Part shown: piece after piece, positions 26,396 to 37,413 of the stretch
Layout of the letters: each line of letters opens with the position of its first letter
How positions within the stretch are numbered: the stretch's first letter is position 1
NCBI RefSeq assembly: GCF_041146345.1
Contig: NW_027191409.1
Coordinates: forward strand, 868,001-932,000
DNA from: Neodothiora populina
Taxonomy: Eukaryota
Reading direction: 5' to 3'
Length of the DNA stretch: 64,000 bases
Translations under genes and position numbers: made by a program
Notes under the pieces: generated by a model
Database searches by the model: none
Told to the model about the DNA's origin: nothing
Seen by the model: the letters and a program-made list of their open reading frames with translations, nothing else

Positions 26396-27524
26396 TCAAC
26401 CGAGCATCATAACTGCGATGTGCAGAAAGCCATCTGTGTAGCTAGCGGCCCGGAGCAGTTCCTCGACGGGTGCACTCATTGGCACCATAGCCCCATGCAT
26501 GACAGGCCGGGCAAGGACTGGGTTCCGAGGGCTGGGAAAGACAGCGGGTAGAATGGTTTTAAGCGCCTGCCCTAGAGTCACGACTTGGCCTGTAATTGTT
26601 ACTTTACATACTCGACATCATCTACTGGCATACACTTACGAGAGGGCGTCAAGGGGGCTACGAGGCTTTGTACCACACGGATTCTACCCGCTTGTGGCGC
26701 TTCTCCTGTAGACGCGTCTGTCTCCGGCGGGGCTGAAGGTAGATATAGCTTTATCGGCGTATGTCGTAACGCCGAGCCAGGAGGATTTAGGAACTTGTTG
26801 TTCACGGAGTTGAAAGATGTCAGATTGTCTGGAAAGTCTGTCAATCGGGCGTCGCATAGCTAGCGACACTGTAGGGGGAAGGCATACGTGTCTGAATCGA
26901 GTTCAACAACGTTACTGAATCGCTTTTGCTCATACCCATAGCAACCTTCGCAGTGCCATTTCGAATGAAGTCTGCCTCTTTTACGCTGTTTATGAACGTG
27001 TCCAACAGCACCTTGTACTCCTCGTCCATGCGCATAAGCTTTTCCAGCGGATAGTCGGTGAAATGTAGCGTGATCTTCCAGGGAATAACATCCCCATTGC
27101 CCTCCTCTTGTCCCAGGTCTTGTTCATCACTATCGGCCTGCATGCCACAGTGCAGATCATATAGCAGGCCGACAGGATAATGCCATTTCAGAGGAACGCC
27201 TTCGAAGGAGAGCCATGCTTCATGCGGCGCAACAGTCGGGTCGATGAGTGATGAAGAGAAGAAGGCATGGAGTCGGGGGAATATAAAGGGCAGATAGGAA
27301 AGACGCGGCACATTGATCTGGAAACAACAATAATTTACTTAGCCAAGTTCGATCATACTTGATATGTAATCGCATCTTTTTTTTCTTATGGGCGCGCGCA
27401 CCAGGTATGGATCAGCCTGATCGTAACTTCTGCAGTCCGATGCTGCCAGTCTGATCTCGAGCGGTAGATGGCCCGACCAGACTTTTGCCTGTAGTTGGCT
27501 GATGGCAGACGCTGAAGCTGGCAT
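26396..27524 (-). CDS. ATG5: Autophagy protein 5
   Basis: VWSGHLPLEI, PRLSYLP, PLKWHYPVGLLYDL, PWKITLHF, FINSVKEADFIRNG (conjugation Lys), TLGQALKTILP and HGAMVP...DGFLHIAV. Introns at 27318-27401, ~26830-26887 and ~26588-26639. Confidence 0.95.
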
Positions 27525-27690
27525 CACCAGCTGACGAATGCTCTGCTATGTTGTCGTCTGCGATCGACGACGATATGTTATCGCATGTCTGTTCGATATG
27601 TCTAGTCCGGGTGATCGCGTTTGTTATAGACTGAAATGTTGTTAGGCGTCACTGTTTGTCGGAGTGGGGACGCTCGCGGGCGTCAACACC

Positions 27691-27698
27691 TGACGTCA
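27691..27698. promoter_or_regulatory. CRE/ATF palindrome upstream of ATG5
   Basis: Perfect TGACGTCA ~170 bp upstream of the ATG5 start. Motif match only. Confidence 0.35.
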
Positions 27699-27998
27699 CC
27701 TGCTACCAATCACTACCTTACCTTAAGGTACAGTAAGGTACACAGTCTTGTCGTCTCGGTAGACGAATCTTCTACCTTGTGGTGTGACTGATGCCTTTAC
27801 ACACCGGTTATGAGAAGCTATGGAAGTACAAGTCTAGAGAGTTGCAATGGTTGAAGCTTGCGCGCAGCATTTGAGATGTATCACCCTACAGCTATCTACT
27901 CATGTGTACATGTTCGGCTTCAGGCCCTCAAATCTAGGGGTAGATGGAATTCTCCATCATCTTCATGCTTGATCGCCGAACCACAGATAGGTACACAC

Positions 27999-29009
27999 TT
28001 AAGAGGACAGATGCTTGGCAATCTCTTGCTCAATGAACTTCTTGTCTTCCTTGGTGCCACCGTAGCCGCCAGCGAGGTGGCCCCAGATACTTTCAATCAC
28101 ATGGAGCTCGCCGTTCTTGAGATGCTTGACCTCGAACTCCGAGTCCTCAGGCGGGAAGTACTGGTCGGTCCGCGAAGGCATAAGAGCACATCTCGCCTTG
28201 ATTCTAGGCAAAGTCTTGGATATATCGCCACCATCTTCAGGGTGATACAAGCCTATGTCTCCATGCTGCCACGTCCATAACAAGCAGAGTAGATCATTCG
28301 CATCACCCTTTCCGTTCCAGTAAGCCTGAAGGTATTCTTCGAGACTGTCGAAGCCCAAGGTCTTCCAGCACTGTTGGCGGTACCATTCTTGACAGAGCGC
28401 CCAAGTCGAGTAGACCCGACTGAAAGCCCTCGCGCCTCTGATCGGTGGTGATGTATAATGACCATCGTGAAAGTCAACAGAATTTACCAGTGCAGCTTTG
28501 GGTCCTTCCAGGAACGACCAATTGTGCCATGATGTCTTGGCTGATCCTGCCAGTACGCCGATACGCTCGACAAAGTCCGGGAAGAGTGTCGCCATGTGGT
28601 AAGCCTGTTGCCCTCCCATGGAGAAGCCAATATAAGCCGAGAGCTTCTTCACCCCGAGATGGTCGCAGAGTGCCTTCTGAAGCCTTATGTTGTCCTCATA
28701 CGTGACATGGGGGAAATTCGGGCCATTGTACGGCGCAGCTTGGTTCGACGGCGATGAAGACTCGCTGCCACCCAGAAGTCCAACCACAATCACGAAATAT
28801 GCCGATGTTGAGACTGGTGCTTGAGGGCCTTCATATAGATTTGGAGTAGTTGTTGCTAAAGTGCCTGCAAAACACGTAGGCAGCATCACAGCTGGGTTCT
28901 TGACATCTCCGAAAGTCCAGTATGCTAGCTTTGCAGGGAACTCGATACCCCTGGGCTCAGAGAGCTGCGAGAGCTTGAGCGTGTGCTCAAAATATTGAGT
29001 TTCGGGCAT
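27999..29009 (-). CDS. Homoserine O-acetyltransferase (MetX)-like alpha/beta hydrolase, substrate unknown
   Basis: Intronless 336 aa ORF with nucleophile elbow GFSMGG, acid TDQYF and His in IWGHLAG. Also YFVIVVGLLGGSESSSPSN and VTYEDNIRLQ. Confidence 0.85.
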   Translation of the reverse strand: MPETQYFEHTLKLSQLSEPRGIEFPAKLAYWTFGDVKNPAVMLPTCFAGTLATTTPNLYEGPQAPVSTSAYFVIVVGLLGGSESSSPSNQAAPYNGPNFPHVTYEDNIRLQKALCDHLGVKKLSAYIGFSMGGQQAYHMATLFPDFVERIGVLAGSAKTSWHNWSFLEGPKAALVNSVDFHDGHYTSPPIRGARAFSRVYSTWALCQEWYRQQCWKTLGFDSLEEYLQAYWNGKGDANDLLCLLWTWQHGDIGLYHPEDGGDISKTLPRIKARCALMPSRTDQYFPPEDSEFEVKHLKNGELHVIESIWGHLAGGYGGTKEDKKFIEQEIAKHLSS

Positions 29010-29988
29010 GATTTGATGCTCTCTTGGACTACAAGAGCTCTGATACTTTGTCCGTCGCTCTGCAGAACTACTTCACAATCACGGGTCGGGCAAAAGGTTG
29101 ATGATTGCAAGTAAAGGAGTTTGGACTCGTGAATGATTCAGATTTTGACATGGATCAATGGTTTGTCACGAGCGTGTAATCGTCGAATGAATTTGGTCTT
29201 GCTGTCATCGCCGGCACCGTATCAGGAAGGAGCGGCGGTAGCAGGGGCGGACAGCCCGTCTATTACAGCCACTTTGTCGCACACGACTCCGATACATCTG
29301 GGATTCTCGACGCCAGCATTGGCCTGAGTGTTGAAATATAGTATACTGGTAGCAGACCTAGCGATATCCCTTTCTTGAGGACAGACGGGCAATATCGCAA
29401 CAGGCACTATCCGAATTGTATACTGCAGTGTGACCCTGGCGTCCTTTACAGAAGGTACAAGCGGCGCAACGTCGTAAATACAGGTTTGTGGACACCATTT
29501 GCCTTCGTATTATCACGGAGCTTTGTCATAAACCCTCTGCAAAACTCGGAGAAATGATTTCGGGTGAAAGGCGAGCGAAGCGAAGAGAGACCGATGAAAT
29601 GCTTGGCGATAACATGTTTCAAGGGTGAGGGTGAACCGAATGTCCTCACATTTTCTACCTGTCCGGTAGAGCAAGTCTGGACCTTTGAGACCAAGCGGGG
29701 CGGCCTCCTATAGAGTTCAACTATCAAATTGAACACGAGTAACCCTTACCTTCCGCATTCATCTCCGGTCTTCCTCATTGGACCCGTATTGTACACTGCG
29801 TACTGCCGAGCTACTGTATACACCACACGTCGCTAAGCACCTATTTTGATGCAATGACGATTGTTTGGTAACCGATACACAGACGGATGGTGAAATTGAA
29901 TAGGCATCTGTTCAAAGGCAGACATCTAGTTGATCAACTGAATGATTAAAACAACGATCTAGATCGGTCTACATATCTATCTGAGTTC

Positions 29989-31650
29989 TTAAAGCAGGCT
30001 CTTGCTCTCAATCGCCTTCTTTCTCACGTATTCATCGAAATCAAATCCAAGCTGTTCTACCGTCTGCACCTGATGCCTGCTTTCACCTCTATCTTGAAAC
30101 GCTTTCTTGATTGCCGGAAACTGCTCCCGAAGCCAGCACTCCTTGTCTCCCCACCTCGGCGGCTTTTTCCCCTTGATCTCCGCGTCGGGTGCGCTCATGG
30201 CCCAATCGTGCATCATGTTGATGTAGTTAGCGTCCTTGGGGAAACTGAGGAGGTGGAAGTCACGGCCACCGCCTGTTTCTCCGTATGTTTTGTCCTCCCA
30301 CAACTTCATCTCTTCCTCTGAGGGTAAAGAGAGCCGACCCGACCACAAGCGGGCAAATACCGAGGCCTGCACCTCAGACATCGGGAAGGGTATGACTCTC
30401 TGTTGACAGACAGGGAACACCATAGTTGGGTGTTGTCTGTATATCATGTGTAGATAGAGGTTTCTCACATGCGTGCCATCCTCGATTAAGGGAGGGTCAA
30501 TATCCCGTAAGAACGGGAAAGAATAGAAGTACCCGGTAGAGTAAAGTATGACGTCGATGTCCTTCTCGACACTGCCATCGGCAAAGCGAACAGCGCGGTC
30601 GTCCAGGATATACTCTACTATCTCTGGTTTCTCTAGCTTGTCAGATGATACGTCGCTCAGAAGGTATGATTCCGATTTGGTCGACTGAAGCACAGGCTTC
30701 TTGCAGTCAACCGACATGATCTGCGCTGCGATATCGAGACCAGAAGGACCATTGCCTACGACTATGACTTTCTGTGCCTGGTAAGCCTCCGTACGTGCGG
30801 GTAAGATGTCACACTGATGACCTACCTTGCCTGCATAATCTTCTGGCCACTTGTAAAACATTGAGTGTGTCAACACGCCAGGATACTTGCCGCTCCATTC
30901 CCGCATACCTTTGACATTTGGGATGTATGGTACAGAAAAGTGTCCGCTAGCAACGACTACTGCGTCGTACACATTCTTGGTTGAAGCGGCGGGTTCGCCT
31001 GACTTTACCTCTTGGGTCTCTACTAGCCATCGTTCTTGACTGCTGCCCTCGGCCTTCACTGGTGTCACGTTAAGTACCTGTGTGCGGAATTGTATGAGGT
31101 GTTTCACCTCCTCAGCATGCTTCTCAAGATACTCCGTGACGGTTTCGTGCTTGGGGAATAACTGGGCATCTTCAGGCCATTCTTGGTCCGAGAAGCCCAT
31201 CAGAGTACGAGGAATATTAGTCTCGAGGCGGTCATACAACGGACTTAGAAAGCGCATGTCTTCCTCTACACCGGGGCCCAGAGCTTGCTTGGTACCGCTC
31301 TGATGCCATACAGGTTTCGCGAGTCCGGTATGCGGACTTAGCAGTGGGGGAGTAAGCGGTTCCAGAAGTTCCTTTGAGTCATTATGATAGTCCCAGACGC
31401 CTCCGACGCTTGCGCGCTGCTCAAAGACGTCGATCTTTGCAAAAGCCTGTTCAGAAACAAGATATCTGCAATGCACTCAATATTGCCATATGCTGATCAA
31501 AGTCGTATGACATACTCACTTGGCCGCTGCGACTCCAGAAGGTCCGGCTCCAATGATTGCGACGGAGTCTACGTTGAAATGATGCGGCGTCATGGTCACA
31601 CGCGCGGTCGAGAAGGCCCGGCAGCGGATGTTATGCAATGCTCTTTGCAT
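29989..31650 (-). CDS. Flavin-containing monooxygenase (FMO1/thiol-specific monooxygenase-like)
   Basis: FAD motif VAIIGAGPSG, FEQRASVGGVW, LYDRLETNIP, VVVASGHFSVP, HSMFYK and NADPH motif VVGNGPSGLDI. Introns at ~31466-31519 and 30772-30825. Start at 31650 or 31593. Confidence 0.9.
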
Positions 31651-32122
31651 ATGAATATGTTCCTTCACAGACGGAGAAAACGTTCCGACTTGAGTGACAC
31701 AAATCGAGCGGATAATAGCCAGTGGTTCGCAGGTTAGTACTGATAGACAAAAGTATGGAGCGGCAATGCCAAGTCGCGTCATCCGTACTAAGCGTTCGTG
31801 CTCACCAACTCTCATGACTAAGATCTCACTAGACAAAGCGACACGTGAGACCGGGTGATCTTTGGCGATCTGCACCAACAGTGGTGGCATAACAAACCTG
31901 AGCGAATACAGTGGTCGAGAGACAGGAAAATTGTTCAGGTGAAAAATTGTGGTCATACACCACTACTACTAATACTACTGCTGTGAAATGCTATGCTCCT
32001 ATCGTAGGGACTCGAGCCTTCCCGCTGTAGATATCATCCCAAGACATCGAAACGCCACGCTAATCCAAAATCACATCCATTCATTAAGACATCGTTCAGT
32101 CATGCAGGTCGTCGAAGAATCA

Positions 32123-33379
32123 TTAGTTGCTCTTCCGAACCTTCGCATGCGTGTTACGAATCCACTCGTCAAGTAGTGCGGCACCATAGTCGCCTCGGTT
32201 GGGTAGTCTCTGGGTAGCCACGATGCGATATTGTGACAGGCTTTCCGTTTCCTGGTGCTCGAGCTCATCCAGCACGACCGGACTATGCACACGGAAGTAG
32301 TAGGGCGAGTCTTCTGCGACCAGCCCCGACCATGCAAAGTAGGTCTCGTCCAAATGCTCCACTACTCTTGTCATAAATGTGTTCAGTGCAGACTCCGGGA
32401 GAGATTCGTTGAAACTGCGTACAGCTTCAAGAAGTACCTCGATCTGTAAGTCGTTCATCTCGGATGCGCATATGCCTCGGTAGGGAAGGACACCATTGTC
32501 TTGATGGGCACCGCCCACTGTTCGTACGAACGAAGTACCATCTAGGTCATCAATCGTGTACTGTAGGCTTGCCCGGGCCTGTTGCTCGAGACTAAGCGAG
32601 CGCATCAAGGTCAACCCGGCAACTTCGGCTCTCTTGAGAAGTTGACTTCCTCTGCTCACGTCCTGAGCCCCAACGTTGACGGAGAATGGACCGACAATGA
32701 GTTCACCATTAAGCGTAAACGCATTCAGGCATACGTTACGCCCGAAAAGATTGAATCCCCAGGGTGCTTCCATCGACGGTTCACCGAAGAGACAGAACTT
32801 ATAGCTTGTAGATTGCTCGCTGAAGATATCGTCGAAGTCCATGTCGACATCATCGTCGGCTGATGACCGCGAGGCTAGAGCAAATCGTATCTTGGCAAGT
32901 CCCTCTGGAGCGAGGGTGGCCTGCAATAGGTCGGAGATTGCGTTTTGGGTGGCTTCCCTCATTTCTTCGACACGTATGCCACTGTCGATGACCATAACCT
33001 AAAAGTATGTAAGTATGTGTGTAGTAACAGAGTACATTCAACGAACGAGGGTGTTATTTACATCTGGATCAGACCATGCCCTCCATTCGCGTGCCGTAAC
33101 AAGGTAACGGAACCGTTTCTTCTCATGATTCGTTGCCACTGCTAATAATTTATGTGCTGCTTGGACCATATCTCTCGTAGGCCCATTGGCTGACGGCTTT
33201 GCTTGCCAAACAGGATGAACTACACCATCCGAAGTGAATCCTCGATACGGCTGCCAGTAATTTCGAAGCCATCTTTTGGCCGTAGATGAAATTAGAAAGC
33301 TGTCATGTCTATGTGTTCGTGGCTCGCCAAGTCCCCGGTCACCGGACTCGAATCTGGAGTAGTCTTGTGATTGTGGCAT
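32123..33379 (-). CDS. Divergent DUF3500-family protein
   Basis: PYRGFTSDG, EWRAWSDPD (intron 32999-33061), GIRVEEM, YKFCLFGEPS..PWG, VGGAHQDN.VLPYRG, HLDETYFAWSG, YYFRVHSPV and RLPNRGDYG. Start codon uncertain. Confidence 0.8.
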
Positions 33380-33610
33380 TGCAAAGCTGCAGGTGCTTCT
33401 AATATCTCCGAGCATGCTTGGTTTTACAACAATGAGGTTACCTTCCAATCAATGAACAGAGTAATAATGCTTCTGACAAAACGAGGGCCTCAACGGCACG
33501 GTCGTAGGGGCGGAGGTCACCCTCATAAGTGAAATTCTTGTCGGTTCTTCTCTCGGCCCATGACCATGGCCTCACTACGGGCGGCTATTCGATAATTTCT
33601 CCAGATCGAT

Positions 33611-33630
33611 CCCCGGTCTGCCCCGGTCTG
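33611..33630. promoter_or_regulatory. Tandem direct repeat CCCCGGTCTG x2 in the DUF3500/monooxygenase divergent promoter
   Basis: Exact 10-bp duplication containing CGG triplets, which are typical Zn2Cys6 half-sites. Function inferred. Confidence 0.4.
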
Positions 33631-33965
33631 AACAAAGAACGCTAATTGAGGTAGAATACGCTAGCTCAGACGGACCGAATATGCTTTACATCCCACGTGT
33701 AAACGGCCGAGAGGCGTTCATGGGACTCTGGACCCGCGCTGTTGGCGTCGCACCTTGGGATCTTCTCCGCCCTGCGTCCCCACTCACTCCCCACAAACGT
33801 TAGGGCTTTAGCATACGGTAATCGAAATCGGCCGTGGGGGATGACAGCGAATGCGATATGCTCCCACAATGAAGTCTAATTCAGATGCTATATACATAAG
33901 GCGATATCGTAGATTAGTGATGGTGAGTGCCTTTCTTCATAAATTGCATGTATATCCCTGCAGTC

Positions 33966-35443
33966 ATGTCTTCTATAACGTACAAGGATCGACCACTGGA
34001 TATAATCATCATTGGAGCCGGACTCGGAGGCCTCTCCGCAGCGATATCATGTGCACTTGGAGGCCACAACGTGAGCTTGCTGGAAGGTGCAAGAGAACTG
34101 GCAGAGGTAGGAGCTGGACTACAGATCACGCCGAATGGATCGAGACTGTTTCAGCAATGGGGCATCGATCAAGTGTTAGCACCATTGGCTGCTGAGCCAA
34201 CATTATTAGCAGTGCACCGCTATTCAGATGGAAAGACTTTGGCATTGCAGGAAGACTTCGACAAGAAGATCCGGCAACAATACGGAGCACCATTCTGGGA
34301 TCTTCACAGAGTTGACTTACAACGCGCCATGGCTGAACGTGCGCAAGAACTCGGCGTCAAGCTCGAGCTCGGCGCACGAGTGAAGGATGTCGATTTCGAA
34401 ACCTCCTCTCTCCGCTTGGAGAATGGCACAGAGTATATGGCCGATCTCCTCGTCGGCGCAGATGGCTTATGGTCCAGGTGTCGAGAAGCGTTCCTGAAGT
34501 TGGATGGAAAAGCAGACAAACCACTTCCCACAGGAGACTTAGCCTACAGAATCGTCCTGAACGCTGAAGACCTAGACGATCCAAAACTCAAGGCCATGAT
34601 CTCGAAACCTCAATGTCACTTCTGGGTCGGACCGGGGGCACACGTGGTGGCCTATTCAGTAAGAGGAGGCAAGCAATACAATATTGTACTTCTAGTACCG
34701 GACAACCTTCCAGAGGGTGTAGCAAAACAAACTGGTGAACTGAGTGAGATGAGGGAACTGTTCACCACATGGGACCCCATATTGAACCGGTATGTCGCCT
34801 CTGCCTTTATGATTGTTGATACTTATAATCGGATATAGCTTCCTGGACAATGTAAAGTCAGTCGACAAGTGGAAGTTGATGCACAGACCTGAGCTAGAGA
34901 GTTGGGTCAGCAAGCAGTCAAACTTTGTCTTCTTGGGCGATGCATGCCACCCCATGCTGCCATACCTTGCTCAGGGTGCAAATTCATCTCTCGAAGACGG
35001 CGCCGTCCTGGGTAATTTGCTAGCGGTGGTAAAAAGCAAAAGTCAATTGCCGGAGGCACTGCGGTTGTATGAGACATTACGAAAAAAGCGAGGTGAGGCC
35101 ATCGTAAGGGAAACATTCGCCCAGGCAAGTGCACCGTCGATCTATTACCGGCTAGAAGCAATGCTGACTACGGTAAAAGAGGAGTGACTTTCACATGGGA
35201 AATGGCCCCGAACAACAGGCACGCGACGAACTCTTCCAATCGCAGCTCGGCAAGGAATTGAACGACGTCAAATTTCCGAGTAGATGGTAAGCAAAAGTGA
35301 TCCAAACGCCGAGATGCCTCCAGCTTTAGGCTTTGCCGCTTACCGAATGCAGGACGTGTCCGACAGTGCAGCCCTGGCTTTATGGCTATGACGCGAAGCG
35401 GGAGACCGACGTTGCGCTTAAGGGCTCCTCGCTTCTGAGTTGA
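33966..35443 (+). CDS. FAD-dependent aromatic monooxygenase (salicylate hydroxylase-like, group A)
   Basis: IIGAGLGGL, EVGAGLQITPN, LHRVDL, LVGADGLWS, TGDLAYR, GDACHPMLPYLAQGANSSLEDG and terminal VQPWLYGYDA. Introns at 34790-34838, 35125-35179 (GC-AG) and ~35287-35352. Confidence 0.92.
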
Positions 35444-37413
35444 GTGGGAAGTGTCCGACGTAATAGTCCGCTCATTATTGGGTGAGTGACAACGCCACCC
35501 TTGCAGGTTGGCTTCTTACAGGCTTTGTGTAAGACTGAAGTCCCGGTGTCAATGCATTCGAGGGTTTGAATTTCTCCGCGCCCCTCCATTAACCCATAGC
35601 ACCCGCTCTTTTCACGCAGTGGGGTTGCTGATCCATCCGGTCGGAAGAAGCGGTAGCAACGGAACCTGGGTGTTGTCGGAAAACTGGAGCAATACATCTC
35701 TGATGACCCCAATTCCTTGTATTTCCGTTCGGCTGCGGATGCGGCATTCGCATAATTAGACGAGTTGACCAGTATTCGACCACTCGTGGGATTTGCGCAC
35801 CGAGCCCATGACTTGGATGGCTTTTCAAATGACGGCACAAACTCGTAGGATGACTCGTAATTAGCGATACAAGCAACCCGTCTCAACTCGTACACTTCGA
35901 CTCGTCGTCGACTTTAGCCATCAGTGCTTTTATCCGATCAAACTTAGCCACTTCTTCGGTCTCGGTGGAATTGTTTCAATCAGTCTTGACAATGCCCCGG
36001 ACTGACTGCGGCGCTTACGACGGAGTTTATGAATTGGTGAGACCCTGGAAGCAGGGAATCCGTCCCTGAAAATCATATGATCTTTTAGGGCCTAATGTAT
36101 CTCGCTGTCTGGGCTCTCCGCATTGATGTGCTTTGCGTTCTTCGAGAGTCTGGGGTCCCCGTTGATCGTGGCGCTTCACGCATAACATCGCACTAAATCC
36201 TGCGAATCTGCCAAATAACCTTATAAGGAAAGCGACCGTCGTTGCTCGACTCGGAGAAGTGCTCCTGTCGATAAGATCTTGCTCTTCGGACAGATCACGA
36301 TCATTTCGTCAATCTCAAAGGATTTTCGAGATCTGTGGGTTGGCTTATGATCAAGTTATTCGCGTACGGCTTCATCTCGAGGCCTTGAGTTGCATGTGAA
36401 GGCTGCCTTGACTGCTAGCCTCACCACAGAATCCTCATACAGAATTTATAGCCAGGTCAAAGTATGAACGACATCTTCACATGCTCAATCTGACCTCCTA
36501 CACCGCTAGGACGAGTCCATAGTCCCCCGACGTCGATCATCGAAAACCGAGCGGTTGGTCGACACTGCGAAACATTCTTCTCTACTTACGAGGAAGGCAC
36601 CTGGGATCTCAAGAGGACTCGCTGACGATCACGCCACACAATTGATCTCCGCTTGGCCAAGATCAGAGCTCAGTCTCACAGCTTCTGATTTTCCAGTATG
36701 TCGCGCGGTCATGTGATAGAATCTACCTCGGACGTTTCTATGGAACTTTTGCAGTGAAAGGCCTCCTATTACCAGCGACTACACGGCTTGGCATAAAGTG
36801 TATACTACTGTGCAAGAAAGCCCCCATGTCTCAGCCTTTGTCACCGAGTCCAGATGGCTGTCTATGTGAGGAAGTCTAACAACTTTCATGTATGAGTAAT
36901 GCTACACTGCAAGTGTAGCATACCTCCGGCTGTACTAGCATGACAGCCACAAACACTAACACTTCCTTCGTCCGCCTCGCCCGCCAGCATATAGATGATC
37001 TATGGTCTACTCTTGCTTTCATCTCGTTTTCCTCTTAGTTGCCTGTAAGAGGTACAGACATCCTTAAGATATTTGGGCTAAGGAAGTGCCATGTTGGTCT
37101 TGGCACGGCTATATGGAGAGCGCTCGCTCATCATGCGTGCGGCTTCACAGCCGCTGTCGGAGCTCTCCTATTTCGTCAATTGATCTTTCAAATATCTCTC
37201 AGAATGCTGTGGGGACATAGCCCAGATCCCTTGCCTGGCTCTTTCAACCCGCACATGCGTGTAGATTGTCATACTAAGGGATGTCACGGCAAGAAACCGA
37301 GTATGATGCCTTGAGACAAGAGATCAATAGAAAAGGCTCAAGCTTTGTCGTTATATTCTTCGGCCATTGGAAGCTTCAATCCTGGCAATCTCGTTCTGCT
37401 GTGATGCTGTACT

